Shown here one piece after another: positions 10,548 through 20,583 of a stretch of DNA of 64,000 bases. The notes under the pieces are model-generated. The model searched no databases. It was given only the letters and a program-made list of their open reading frames with translations, and had not been told where the DNA came from. The DNA is taken from assembly GCA_051985675.1 (NCBI GenBank), contig JBPYFJ010000027.1, forward strand, positions 613-64,612. Direction: 5' to 3'. A program made the position numbers and the translations under genes. Position 1 is the stretch's first letter; each line of letters begins with the position of its first letter. This stretch comes from Xanthobacteraceae bacterium (GTDB lineage: Bacteria > Pseudomonadota > Alphaproteobacteria > Rhizobiales > Xanthobacteraceae).

Positions 10548-10853
10548 ATGAAAGGCGTCGGCGTCGCACTGTTTGCGGCAGGCATCGCGCTCGGCGGGAC
10601 CATCGCGGCGGCGGTCGGCGGGCCGTGCAGCGAAGCGCTCGCCGACCTCGATCGCCGGCTCGAGCTCAACGTCGCCAAGCGCTCGAAGCCGCGGCCGACG
10701 ACCCAGCAACCCGCAAAACCCGCGCCGGCCCCGCGCGCGCTGCCGGAGCAGCGCTACGACCCGCCGCTCGCGCTCGCGCGCAAGCTCGATGCCGAAGGCA
10801 ACGAGGACTGTCACAAGGCGGTGGCCGAGGTCGAGATGCTGATCAGCCAGTAG
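10548..10853 (+). CDS. Hypothetical exported protein
   Basis: MKGVGVALFAAGIALGG hydrophobic N-terminus, Pro-rich middle, two Cys. Good third-position GC. Start could be the GTG at 10539. Confidence 0.45.
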   Translation: MKGVGVALFAAGIALGGTIAAAVGGPCSEALADLDRRLELNVAKRSKPRPTTQQPAKPAPAPRALPEQRYDPPLALARKLDAEGNEDCHKAVAEVEMLISQ

Positions 10854-10865
10854 GTTGGCGCGCGG

Positions 10866-11642
10866 TCAGCCGCCAGTGGCCGACATCGGGATCTGCGCGA
10901 GATCCAGCGGCTGATAATGCGCCAGCGTCTGCAAGCTTGCAATGTCGGTCAATTCGACCAGGCGTGAACGGGTGGTGATCAATTGTTCCGCACGCAATTG
11001 CTGCATGACGCGATTGAGATGCGGGACACTTAGCCCCAACACATCGGCCATGACCTCCTGAGAGAACGGCAGATCGAAGCTCATCTTTTGCGCGCGTCCG
11101 ACCGCCAGCAGACGGGCATGAAGTTCCAGCAGAAAATGCGCCATTCGCTCGAGCGGCGTGCGCCGGCCGAGATCAACGATGTGCTCGGCATAGATCGCCG
11201 CCTCATACGCGGCAAACCAGCTTAGCGCGAGCCCGAAGTGCGGCCGCTCATAGCAAAGCCGGGCATACGCATCGAGCGAGCAGATGCTGTAGGTCAGATC
11301 GCTCACCGCGACGACCGAGTAGATCGAGCGGTCGAAAAAGCTCACCGGAAAACCGATCACGTCGCCCGGCAGGATCACGTTGAGGATTTGCCGCTTCCCG
11401 CTGCGCAGCAGCTTGTAGCGGATCGCGTAGCCGTCCTTGACGAAGCAGAGGTTGCGATAGTGGTCGCCGACGACAACGAGGTCCTTCCGCTTTTTGATGA
11501 TCCGCTCGCCCTCGACAATCAGTTCGAGGCTCCTGAGATCGGGCGCGCTGAGCGGCATGAAGCGCGACAGCCGCGCGACGAATGGATGTTCGGCGAGCGA
11601 TACATCTCCAATTTGAGCTGCAATAATCATGGCAACACTCAC
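10866..11642 (-). CDS. Crp/Fnr family transcriptional regulator
   Basis: 258 aa. cNMP-binding-like beta-roll followed by a C-terminal HTH (SQEVMADVLGLSVPHLNRVMQQL). Confidence 0.8.
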   Translation of the reverse strand: MSVAMIIAAQIGDVSLAEHPFVARLSRFMPLSAPDLRSLELIVEGERIIKKRKDLVVVGDHYRNLCFVKDGYAIRYKLLRSGKRQILNVILPGDVIGFPVSFFDRSIYSVVAVSDLTYSICSLDAYARLCYERPHFGLALSWFAAYEAAIYAEHIVDLGRRTPLERMAHFLLELHARLLAVGRAQKMSFDLPFSQEVMADVLGLSVPHLNRVMQQLRAEQLITTRSRLVELTDIASLQTLAHYQPLDLAQIPMSATGG

Positions 11643-11664
11643 AGCGCAATCTTACGTTTTTCTA

Positions 11665-11678
11665 TTAATCCAGATCAA
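11665..11678. promoter_or_regulatory. FNR/FixK-type box (TTAAT-N4-ATCAA)
   Basis: TTAATCCAGATCAA has one mismatch to TTGAT-N4-ATCAA. It lies 23 nt upstream of the Crp/Fnr start, in the divergent region shared with the ABC operon. Confidence 0.4.
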
Positions 11679-11966
11679 TAACTGGAATGAATGCTAGCGC
11701 ACATTCCGACCGATGCATTTCATGTGACCCGATGACGCAGCGATGACGTTGTATCGCGAAAATCCGCGAACATTGCGTTTCATAAATGTGCTTCGTCGCA
11801 TCATCGACGAAAGTGGCATTGACCGCGCGACCTTCGCGGTTGGGTATGGAAATTCTGCGCGGCGTACTCGTGCGCGGCCGCGATAGCGACTAACGCCGCG
11901 CACAGCACGCTGGACAACAACAAGCGAGCCGGGGCGGCTCGAACGGATCAACGAGGAGGAAACAAG

Positions 11967-13328
11967 ATGTTACGACAAGATCAGGAGCTTGGCAGCGTGT
12001 CCCGTCGCACGCTGCTATGGGCCGGCGTCGGCCTTGCCGGCAGCGCCGTGCTACCGTCCACGCTGACCATGCCCGCCTTTGCGGTCGGCATCAGCGACAA
12101 TCCGCCAGTAGGGACCTGGCCGGCAGGCTCGGAAGGCGACACCGTCAGCGTCGGCGCCGCGGTGCCGCGCACCGGCACCTACGCGGTGCAGGGCGAAGAC
12201 GAGCTCAAGGGTTGGCAGCTTGCGGTCGAGCACATCAACAACGGCGATCCCCTGCTCAAGAAGATCGCACCCAAGGTCAGCAAGGGCCTGCTTGGGAAGA
12301 AGGTCAATCTGCTAGCGGCCGACAGCGCCGCGAAGCCGAACCAGGCCGTGCAGGAGATCCAGACCTTCATCAACCAGAACAAGATCATGCTGATGACCGG
12401 CTCGACTTCGAGCGCGGTCGCGGTCGCGCTCAACAAATTCGCGCAACGCGAGAAGATCCTGTACGTGACCGGCATCTCCGGTTCGAACGATACCACCGGC
12501 AAGGACTGCGTGCGCTACGGCTTCCGCCAGAACTTCTACGGCGAGACCGCAGCCAACGCGATCGGCCCGGTACTGGTCAAACAGTTCGGCAAGAACCGGA
12601 AGGCCGCGTTCATGACCCCGGACTACACCTACGGCCACACTGTCACCAAGTCGGTGAACGACTATCTCACCAATAACGCCGGCTGGACCATGGTGACCAA
12701 CCAGATCTCGCCGCTCGGTACCCAGGACTTCAGCCAGTATCTCACCAACATCGCCAACTCCGGCGCCGAGTTCCTGATCAATGTGAACTGGGGCCGCGAC
12801 GCGGTGCTCTCGATCCAGCAGGCCAAGCAGTTCGGCATTCTGCCGAAGATGACGCTGGTCGTGCCTTACCAGATCCCGTTCCTGGCCAAAGAAACCGGGC
12901 CGGAGCTCACCGCCGGCGTCTATGCGGCAACCGATTTCTGGTGGACGCTGGAAGACAAGTACCCGCTCGCCAAGATGTTCGTCGAGGCGTTCGACAAGAA
13001 GTTCGGCTACAAGCCGGAGTGGGGCGCCAACAACGCCTACATGTCGTTTGCGATCTGGGCCCGGATGGTGTCGGAGGCGGGCTCATTCTATCCGCCCGAC
13101 ATCATCAAGCAGTACGAGAAGGGTGAGAAGTTCGATTCGACCGTCGGCGAGGTCTATTTCCGTCCGGAAGACCACCAGCTCGTCCGCCCCGTGATCATCG
13201 TCAAGGGCAAGGCGCCCAAGGACATGAAGAACAAGGAGGACTACTGGGAGGTCCTGGAGGTCGTACCGGGCGCGCCGCTGATGCAGAAGCCGGACGCCTT
13301 CGGCTGCAATCTCGGCGCCTACACCTGA
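11967..13328 (+). CDS. ABC transporter substrate-binding protein (LivK/amide-urea type) with Tat-like signal
   Basis: 453 aa. SRRTLLWAGVGLAGSAV signal and a type I periplasmic binding fold. First gene of a Liv-like operon. GAGGAGGA Shine-Dalgarno. Confidence 0.85.
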   Translation: MLRQDQELGSVSRRTLLWAGVGLAGSAVLPSTLTMPAFAVGISDNPPVGTWPAGSEGDTVSVGAAVPRTGTYAVQGEDELKGWQLAVEHINNGDPLLKKIAPKVSKGLLGKKVNLLAADSAAKPNQAVQEIQTFINQNKIMLMTGSTSSAVAVALNKFAQREKILYVTGISGSNDTTGKDCVRYGFRQNFYGETAANAIGPVLVKQFGKNRKAAFMTPDYTYGHTVTKSVNDYLTNNAGWTMVTNQISPLGTQDFSQYLTNIANSGAEFLINVNWGRDAVLSIQQAKQFGILPKMTLVVPYQIPFLAKETGPELTAGVYAATDFWWTLEDKYPLAKMFVEAFDKKFGYKPEWGANNAYMSFAIWARMVSEAGSFYPPDIIKQYEKGEKFDSTVGEVYFRPEDHQLVRPVIIVKGKAPKDMKNKEDYWEVLEVVPGAPLMQKPDAFGCNLGAYT

Positions 13329-13412
13329 TCTCGACCTGACGCGTCGTGCCGCGGGCGATTCTCAGCGCTTGCGGCACGGCATTACGGCCGTTCGTCCGGA
13401 ATTGCTCGACCG

Positions 13413-14288
13413 ATGATCAATTGGGCCAATTTCATATCGCAATGCTTCAACGGCCTGGTGCTGGGCGCTCTGCTGGCGCTGGTCGCGTCGGGCTTGACCA
13501 TCATCTACGGCATGCTCGGCGTGCTCAATCTCGCGCATGGCGCAATGTTCATGCTTGGCGGCTATGCCGGCTGGCTGACCTATACGTATACGGATTCCTT
13601 CCTCGCCGCGGTCCTCGCCGGCGCGCTTTTCGTCATGACCGTCGGCGTGCTGGTGGAGCGGGTGATCATCCGCCATTTCTACAAACGCCCGGGCGAGGAT
13701 CAGCTGCTGGTCACCTTCGGGCTCGGCATCGTATTCGTCGAAGCGGTGCGGTTTTTCTTCGGCAGCCTGTCGAAAACCATGCCGCCGCCGCCGGCGCTGG
13801 TGGGCATCACACCGCTCGGCTTCATGTTCTACCCGACCTACCGCCTCGCGCTGCTCGGCATCGTCGCGGTCGCGCTGCTGGCGCTCTATCTCGTGCTCTA
13901 TCGCTCGCGCATCGGCATGATCGTACGCGCCGGCATCGAAGATTCGGTGATGGTCGATTCACTGGGGATCGATGTCTACAAGGTGTTCATGCTGGTGTTC
14001 GGCATCGGTGCCATGGCGGCGGGCTTCGCCGGTATTGTCAATGCGCCGGTGGTCTCGATCGCGCCCGACGTCGGAGAAGCGATCCTCGTGCAGACCTTCG
14101 TCGTGGTCGTCATCGGCGGGGTCGGCTCGTTCCCCGGCGCCATCCTCGGGGGGCTGATCGCGGGCGAGATCGTCAGCATCACCTCCATGTTCAACCCAGG
14201 CTACTCCTACGTCATGCTATTCGTCGCCATGACGCTGGTGCTCGTGCTGCGTCCCTACGGGCTGCTCGGCACGGCGGGCCGCGAATGA
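13413..14288 (+). CDS. Branched-chain amino acid ABC transporter permease (LivH-like)
   Basis: 291 aa, polytopic, LivH-type motifs (LNLAHGAMFMLGGY). Confidence 0.85.
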   Translation: MINWANFISQCFNGLVLGALLALVASGLTIIYGMLGVLNLAHGAMFMLGGYAGWLTYTYTDSFLAAVLAGALFVMTVGVLVERVIIRHFYKRPGEDQLLVTFGLGIVFVEAVRFFFGSLSKTMPPPPALVGITPLGFMFYPTYRLALLGIVAVALLALYLVLYRSRIGMIVRAGIEDSVMVDSLGIDVYKVFMLVFGIGAMAAGFAGIVNAPVVSIAPDVGEAILVQTFVVVVIGGVGSFPGAILGGLIAGEIVSITSMFNPGYSYVMLFVAMTLVLVLRPYGLLGTAGRE

Positions 14289-14301
14289 GCGCGGTCATCT
14301 A

Positions 14302-16155
14302 ATGCTCAGGCAACGTCCATTTGTGGTCGAGATTTTGACGGCCGCCGGTTTGCTCGCCGCGCCGGTCGTACTGCCGTACTTCGGATTTACGCCGACGACG
14401 ATCAACCGCATCCTGGTCTGGGGCGTGTTCGGCATCGGTTTCGACATCCTGTTCGGCTTCACCGGCCTGCTCTCCTTCGGGCAGGCCGCCTTCTTCGGCA
14501 CCGGGGGCATGGTTGCAGCCTATCTGCTCACGATGACGAATTTCCCCTACGTAATGGCGGCGCTCATCATCGGGACGGTCGTGGCCGGCGTCGTCGGTTA
14601 CCTGGTCGGGCTGATCGCGCTGAGGCGCACCGGCATCTATTTCGCCATGATCACGGTGGCGATCGGCGAGGTTTTCTTCTTCGTCGAGTTCAATCCGCTC
14701 TCGGCCTATACCGGCGGCGAGAACGGGCTGCCGGGCGTGCCGCCGCCGTCGATCTACCTCGGCTTCACCACGATCCATTTCGATTCGAATGTGTTGCTCT
14801 ACGCTTTCCTGGCGTTCTGGTACTTCGTCGGCATGGTGATCGCGCTGCGCATCGTGCGCTCGCCTATTGGCGCCGTGCTACGCGCCATCCGCGACAACCC
14901 CCTGCGTGCCGCCGCGGTCGGCCACAGCATCCATGGCTACAAGCTGACCGCCTTCGTGGTTGCCGCCGCCTATGCGGGCTTCGCCGGAGGTCTCCTCGGC
15001 CTGATGCAAGGCTTCATGCCGCCTGACGCCTTCATGTTCGATACGTCGGGGCAGCTGGTGATGCAGACGGCAATCGGCGGTACCGGCACGCTGTTCGGAC
15101 CGTTGGTCGGTGCGACCGTGTGGCTCTATCTGAGCGACTTCCTGCAGACCACACTGCAGCTCGGCGCCAGCTGGAAGCTGGTGCTCGGCGTGATCTTCGT
15201 GCTGCTGGTTTGCTTTCTGCGCCACGGCTTGATCGGCGGCATCGAGGATTTCTATCGGCTGGTGAGCAGCTCCAGGAGAAAATCTAAACCTGTTGCCACC
15301 GACTTCGGACAGAGCGCCGCGCCGGGCCCGCGCCAACCGGCGATCGCCGCCATGCCGGCGCGCCACCGCGCAACCGACCGCACGAGCGGACCGATCCTGC
15401 AAGCCAAGGGCCTGACCAAGCACTACGGCGGCGTCGCCGCCAACAGCGACATCGACTTTGCGGTCGATCATGGCGAGTTGCGCGGCATCATCGGCCCGAA
15501 CGGTGCCGGCAAGAGCACGTTCTTCAAGATGCTGACGTGCGAAGTGCCGCCCACCTCGGGGCAGATCGTCTTCGAGGGCCGCGACATCACCGGCATGACG
15601 GTGACCGACGTCTGCCAGCTCGGTCTCACCAAGAGCTACCAAATCAACCAGCTGTTCAATCGCCTGACCGTGCGCGAGAACCTAACGATCGCGGCGCTAG
15701 CGGAGCTGCGCGGCAAGTTCCGGCTCGATCTGTTCAAATCGCTCAGGAGCGTCCCTCGCCTCGACCAACAAGTCGAGCACACGCTCGTGCTGGTCGATCT
15801 GGTCGCGCGCGCCGACACCCCGGTGGCGGATCTCGCGTACGGCGAAAAGCGCCGGCTCGAGGTTGGCCTTGCGCTCGCGACCTCGCCCAGCCTGCTGCTG
15901 CTCGACGAACCGCTCGCCGGCATGAGCCCGCGCGAGCGCGTCGAGACGGTGCGGCTGCTCAAGTCGATCGCGCGCGGGCGCACCATGATCATCATCGATC
16001 ACGACATGGATTCGCTGTTCGAACTGGTCGAACGCGTCACCGTTCTGCAGGAGGGCCGGGTGCTGGTGGAAGGCACGCCGGACCAAATCAAGGGCAACAG
16101 CAAAGTGCAGGAAGCCTATCTGGGCGGCGTGCACAACGTGTTGGCGGCCGAATGA
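14302..16155 (+). CDS. Fused LivM-like permease / LivG-like ATP-binding protein
   Basis: About 330 aa of TM helices, a linker, then Walker [10 protein letters not shown], signature [10 protein letters not shown] and Walker B LLLLDEP. Confidence 0.85.
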   Translation: MLRQRPFVVEILTAAGLLAAPVVLPYFGFTPTTINRILVWGVFGIGFDILFGFTGLLSFGQAAFFGTGGMVAAYLLTMTNFPYVMAALIIGTVVAGVVGYLVGLIALRRTGIYFAMITVAIGEVFFFVEFNPLSAYTGGENGLPGVPPPSIYLGFTTIHFDSNVLLYAFLAFWYFVGMVIALRIVRSPIGAVLRAIRDNPLRAAAVGHSIHGYKLTAFVVAAAYAGFAGGLLGLMQGFMPPDAFMFDTSGQLVMQTAIGGTGTLFGPLVGATVWLYLSDFLQTTLQLGASWKLVLGVIFVLLVCFLRHGLIGGIEDFYRLVSSSRRKSKPVATDFGQSAAPGPRQPAIAAMPARHRATDRTSGPILQAKGLTKHYGGVAANSDIDFAVDHGELRGIIGPNGAGKSTFFKMLTCEVPPTSGQIVFEGRDITGMTVTDVCQLGLTKSYQINQLFNRLTVRENLTIAALAELRGKFRLDLFKSLRSVPRLDQQVEHTLVLVDLVARADTPVADLAYGEKRRLEVGLALATSPSLLLLDEPLAGMSPRERVETVRLLKSIARGRTMIIIDHDMDSLFELVERVTVLQEGRVLVEGTPDQIKGNSKVQEAYLGGVHNVLAAE

Positions 16156-16850
16156 GCCTGCTCGAGGTCACCGGTCTCAATACCTATTACGGGGATAGTC
16201 ACATCCTCTTTGATGTCGCCTTGCGGGTCGACCGCAACGAGGTGGTGGCGCTGCTCGGCCGTAACGGCGCCGGCAAGAGCACGACCCTGAAAAGCCTCAT
16301 GGGCGTGGTGACACCGCGCGGCGGCTCGATCGTCTTCGACGGCGCCGAAATCGCCGGCATGAAGAGCCACGCCGTCGCGCGTGCGGGCATGCAACTGGTG
16401 CACGAGGACCGCCGCATCTTCGGCAGCCTCACCGTCGAGGAGAACCTGATGCTGGCCGGGCTCACGGCCGAGCACCCTTGGCCGCTGGCGCGTATCTACG
16501 AGATGTTCCCGCGCCTGCGGGAACGGCGCGCAAGCCACGGCACCGATCTGTCGGGCGGCGAGCAGCAGATGCTGGCAATCGCGCGTGCGCTCGTGCGCGA
16601 CCCCAAGATCATCCTGCTCGACGAGCCGTTCGAGGGGCTGGCGCCGGTGATCGTGCGGGATCTGATCAAGGCCTGCCGCGATCTGGCAGACGCCGGGCAG
16701 ACGATTGTCCTGGTCGAACAGAATCTCGCGGCCGCGCTGACCCTGGCGCAGCGCGCCTACATCATCAACAACGGCCATATCGCGCACGAAGGGCCGACCA
16801 GCGAGATCAAGGCGCGGCCGAAAGTCCTGGAACGCTATCTCGGCGTCTAG
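16152..16850 (+). CDS. Branched-chain amino acid ABC transporter ATP-binding protein (LivF-like)
   Basis: [48 protein letters not shown] overlap with the upstream gene. Confidence 0.85.
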   Translation: MSLLEVTGLNTYYGDSHILFDVALRVDRNEVVALLGRNGAGKSTTLKSLMGVVTPRGGSIVFDGAEIAGMKSHAVARAGMQLVHEDRRIFGSLTVEENLMLAGLTAEHPWPLARIYEMFPRLRERRASHGTDLSGGEQQMLAIARALVRDPKIILLDEPFEGLAPVIVRDLIKACRDLADAGQTIVLVEQNLAAALTLAQRAYIINNGHIAHEGPTSEIKARPKVLERYLGV

Positions 16851-16873
16851 GTGCCCTCGCCCGCGCCGGCGGC

Positions 16874-17710
16874 TCAGTGGCCCAGGATGGCGAGCGCGAA
16901 GCGCGCCGAGGCCACCAGCAGGAAGATGCCAAAGCCGATCTCCAGCCAGCGCTTGGGCAGCGCGTGCGCGAGCTGCGCGCCATAGCTCGCGGTGAAGCTC
17001 GACACCGGCGCCATCAGCGCAAAGCCGATCAGCGACACGAAGCCGATCGAGAGCGGCGGCGTCAGGCTTTGCTTGGGCAGGCCCGCCAGCATGAAGCCGA
17101 TGGTGCCCGCAATCGTGATCGGCACGCCGAGCCCCGCCGATGTGGCGACTGCGCGCAGGATCGGCTTGCCGTGCATCGTCAGGATCATGTTGGAGACCGA
17201 GCCGCCGCTCACCCCCATCAGGGCCGAGCACAGTCCGACCACAAAGCCATAGGCCTTAAGCCCGGTCCCCTTGGGCAGATCGTCGGCGACACGCCAGTCG
17301 TCGCGACCGATCAACAACCGCAGCGCGATCAGGCTGGCGATCACCGCGAAGGCGAGCTGGAACACCCAGCCCGGCGCGAACGCGGCGATTAGCGCCCCGG
17401 TGCCGACGCCCACGACCGCCGGCAGCCACCACGCGCGCACGATCTCGTCCATCACCGCGCCGCGCTTGAGGTGCTCGCGGTAGGACCGAAACGTTGTCGG
17501 CACGATGATGGCGAGCGAGGTGCCGATGCAGAGCTGCATGCGCACCTCGACCGGCACGTTGAGGACGCCGAACACCTCGTAGAGCACCGGAACGATGATC
17601 GCGCCGCCGCCGATGCCGAACAGGCCGGCGAGGATCCCGGTGACGAGGCCGGCGACGACGATCATGCCGGCGAGCCAGGCGAGCTCGCCGACGGAAATTC
17701 CGAGGATCAT
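16874..17710 (-). CDS. Sulfite exporter TauE/SafE family membrane protein
   Basis: MILGISVGELAWLAGMIVVAGLVTGILAGLFGIGGGAIIVP is typical of TauE. ATGA overlap with the dusA stop. Confidence 0.8.
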   Translation of the reverse strand: MILGISVGELAWLAGMIVVAGLVTGILAGLFGIGGGAIIVPVLYEVFGVLNVPVEVRMQLCIGTSLAIIVPTTFRSYREHLKRGAVMDEIVRAWWLPAVVGVGTGALIAAFAPGWVFQLAFAVIASLIALRLLIGRDDWRVADDLPKGTGLKAYGFVVGLCSALMGVSGGSVSNMILTMHGKPILRAVATSAGLGVPITIAGTIGFMLAGLPKQSLTPPLSIGFVSLIGFALMAPVSSFTASYGAQLAHALPKRWLEIGFGIFLLVASARFALAILGH

Positions 17711-18702
17711 GCGGCCTCGCTTCGCGCCGCGTATTCCGGCACGAGCTCGAGCGCACGCGCAAACAGATCGGCGCCGGCATCGGGCTTGACCGCCTGCGTC
17801 GCCAGCATGCGGCGAAACGCGCGCGCGCCGGGCACCGCATGAAACAGGCCGAGCACGTGCCGCACGATCGCGTAGAGCCGCGTACCGTGCGCGAGCTCGC
17901 GCTCGATATAGGGGATCAGCGCGCGGGCAGCCGCCTTGGCGGAGGGAAACGGCGCCGGCGCGCCGTAGAACAGCCGATCGACCTCGAGCAGACGCCACGG
18001 GTCGCGATAGGCCGCCCGCCCGAGCATCAGGCCGTCGACCTCGGTGAGCAACGCGAGGGAGCGCCGCAGGTCGTCGAGGCCGCCGTTGAGCAGGACCGGA
18101 AGGCGCGGATAGGCGCGCTTGAGCCGAAACACCCGCGCATAGTCGAGCGGCGGGATGTCGCGGTTCTCCTTCGGCGACAGACCCTCAAGCCAGGCCTTGC
18201 GGGCGTGCACGATCAGCGCGTCGACGCCGGCCGTTGCGACCGCGGCGGCGAGCTCATCGAGCGCGGCCTCCGGATCCTGGTCGTCGATGCCGAGCCGGCA
18301 CTTGACGGTGACGGGGATCGCAACCGCTGCTTTCATGGCGGCCACGCAGTCGCCGACCAGCGCCGGCTCCGCCATCAGGCAGGCGCCGAAGCGACCCTCC
18401 TGCACGCGGTCGGACGGGCAGCCGACGTTGAGGTTGATCTCGTCGTAGCCGGCCTCGGCGCCGATGTGCGCGCAGTGCGCGAGCGCCACCGGATCCGAGC
18501 CGCCGAGCTGGAGCGCGACCGGGTGCTCGGCCGGATCGTGGCGCAGAAGCCGGGCGCGGTCGCCGTGGATCAGCGCCCCGGTGGTGATCATCTCGGTGTA
18601 GATCAGCGCGCGCCGCGTGAGCAGGCGGTGGAAGAACCGGCAATGCCGGTCCGTCCAGTCCATCATCGGGGCAATTGCAAACCGGCGATCGAGGTTACCC
18701 AT
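17707..18702 (-). CDS. dusA: tRNA dihydrouridine(20/20a) synthase DusA
   Basis: FAIAPMMDWTDRHCRFFHRLLTRRALIYTEMITTGALIHGD is the DusA N-terminal signature. The ATG at 18702 was chosen as start. Confidence 0.85.
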   Translation of the reverse strand: MGNLDRRFAIAPMMDWTDRHCRFFHRLLTRRALIYTEMITTGALIHGDRARLLRHDPAEHPVALQLGGSDPVALAHCAHIGAEAGYDEINLNVGCPSDRVQEGRFGACLMAEPALVGDCVAAMKAAVAIPVTVKCRLGIDDQDPEAALDELAAAVATAGVDALIVHARKAWLEGLSPKENRDIPPLDYARVFRLKRAYPRLPVLLNGGLDDLRRSLALLTEVDGLMLGRAAYRDPWRLLEVDRLFYGAPAPFPSAKAAARALIPYIERELAHGTRLYAIVRHVLGLFHAVPGARAFRRMLATQAVKPDAGADLFARALELVPEYAARSEAA

Positions 18703-18816
18703 CGGCTTTCGCCATGATCCGCGCAGCACCCTGCGCACTGCCGTTACATATCCGCCCGGGCGCGATAGCCCGCAAGCCATGCGCCTGCCGCATGAAGTTT
18801 GCCGTCATCGATGACT

Positions 18817-18918
18817 CCATGGATGCCCAATTTGGCCGGTTCCGGGCATCCATGGATAACATCATGATCCGGCAGAGTTTATTGGCCACGCGTTGTCCAT
18901 GGATGCCCACTTTGGCGG
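18817..18918. repeat. Palindromic REP-like element cluster (CCATGGATGCCC arms)
   Basis: CCATGGATGCCC (18817-18828), a 15-nt loop, then GGGCATCCATGG (18844-18855). A third half-copy CCATGGATGCCCACTTTGGCGG is at 18897-18918. Confidence 0.5.
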
Positions 18919-18998
18919 AAGAGACACGCATGGTGCAGTTAAAGTAGTTTGTGAACTGGAGCTATGCGCCAGGAGCTCAACCGAAGGGACGCGCACAG

Positions 18999-20450
18999 TT
19001 ACGCGTATTGGAACAGGAACATAAAGCCAAAATCCATGTGCAGCTGCTGGTGACAGTGGAACAGCGTCAGCCCTGGATGATCGGTAACGAAATCGAACTC
19101 GACCTCCTGGAAGCCGCCCATCATCACCACGTCCTTGATAACGCCGGCCGTCGGTTTGCCGCCAACACGCACCAGTTCGAAACTATGCCGATGCAGGTGC
19201 AAAGGATGAATATCATCGCTGGCGTTGCGGAACTTCAGCCGGTAACGGTGCCTTTCATGCACGGTGTACATCGGCTTGAGGGTTTCCATCGAGAAGGCTT
19301 TGTCGTTGAGCAGCCATTGATTAAAACCGTCGAGCGAGCCGTTGTGTTTGACTACGGTGAACTCCAGGGTCTCGTCCGGTGATGCCGGAGTAGCACCGGC
19401 TTTGCCGAAGATCGCGTAGTCCCAGTTGTAGGGCCGTGGCCTGCTCCACTGCGGCTTACCCTTGGCGTTGGCGTATTCGATCACAATGCCCATGCCATGG
19501 CCGCGGTCGTCGTCGCTGAGATCGCCCATGACCCAAACGCCGGGATGCTTCATCTCGACGATCGCCGAGATGCGCTCGGCGGTGCCGAGCCACAGCACCG
19601 GCACTTCGGCTTGTGTCGGCACGGGGTTGCCGTCGAGCGCGACGACTTTGAAAACGTGGCCAGGCAGGGCCAGACTTCGGATTTCTCCCGCGCTCGCGTT
19701 GAGCACGTGAAAGAGCACGCGCTCGCCGTGTTTGACGCGGATGGGCTCACCATGGCCGAGCATCTTGCCGTTGATGCCGAAGAGATCGTAGCCGACCTCG
19801 TAGCCCTTGGGACCCCCGAACTGCGCATCGGCCTTCTTGCCGATGTCCTGCAACTCCTCGATCGGCTCTCCAACGAGAAAATCCATGGCCATGTCGCCGC
19901 CCCGGCTGAACGACGGCAGGAATTCCTTGAGCACCAGGAACACCTCGCGATCATAGGCACCGGGATTGTTCGCCGGCTCGATATAAACGGGCCCGACTTG
20001 CCCGGTGTAAGTGCCCATACTGAGGTTGTTCATGGGCACAACGTGGGTGTGGTAGAAACGGAAGCCCGACGGCTGCGGCAAAAATGAAATGCGGCGCATA
20101 CCGTGTGCTGGGATATAGGGTGTACCCTCTTCCGCAGCGCCATCAACATCAACAGGAACGAACTGACCGTGCCAATGTAGCTGCTCTGGCGTATCCGTGT
20201 CGTTGTAGATATCGACGACCACCCGCTTGCCTTCCGTCAGGCGCACCATCGGTCCCGGAAATTGTCCATTGTAGAGCGTGGTCGACACGATGTGCTCCGG
20301 CGACAGCTCGACGAGGCCGGTCACGATACGCAGCGTGTAGTCAGCTTTCTCAGGGAGCGCATCGGCAGCGGGCTGAGCGATCTGCGGTGCCGCGAGCATT
20401 AGCGGGAGCGTTCCGGCAGACTTGAGCAACGAACGTCGATTGATATTCAC
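18999..20450 (-). CDS. Tat-exported three-domain multicopper oxidase
   Basis: GTG start preceded by GGAAGG. NRRSLLKSAG Tat motif. Cu motifs HWHG, YHTH, HPLHLHRH, HCHQQLHMDFGFM. Confidence 0.8.
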   Translation of the reverse strand: MNINRRSLLKSAGTLPLMLAAPQIAQPAADALPEKADYTLRIVTGLVELSPEHIVSTTLYNGQFPGPMVRLTEGKRVVVDIYNDTDTPEQLHWHGQFVPVDVDGAAEEGTPYIPAHGMRRISFLPQPSGFRFYHTHVVPMNNLSMGTYTGQVGPVYIEPANNPGAYDREVFLVLKEFLPSFSRGGDMAMDFLVGEPIEELQDIGKKADAQFGGPKGYEVGYDLFGINGKMLGHGEPIRVKHGERVLFHVLNASAGEIRSLALPGHVFKVVALDGNPVPTQAEVPVLWLGTAERISAIVEMKHPGVWVMGDLSDDDRGHGMGIVIEYANAKGKPQWSRPRPYNWDYAIFGKAGATPASPDETLEFTVVKHNGSLDGFNQWLLNDKAFSMETLKPMYTVHERHRYRLKFRNASDDIHPLHLHRHSFELVRVGGKPTAGVIKDVVMMGGFQEVEFDFVTDHPGLTLFHCHQQLHMDFGFMFLFQYA

Positions 20451-20583
20451 AATGTCAACCTTCCGTTCCTGATCTGCGATGACAACTTGGCGTGGTGCCT
20501 CTGTACCGTCGCCACATTTCCTTGAACGTGAAGACGCTGGCGTGATGGGCAAAACTGATTTATGGCGCCGCAATTAACTCAGC

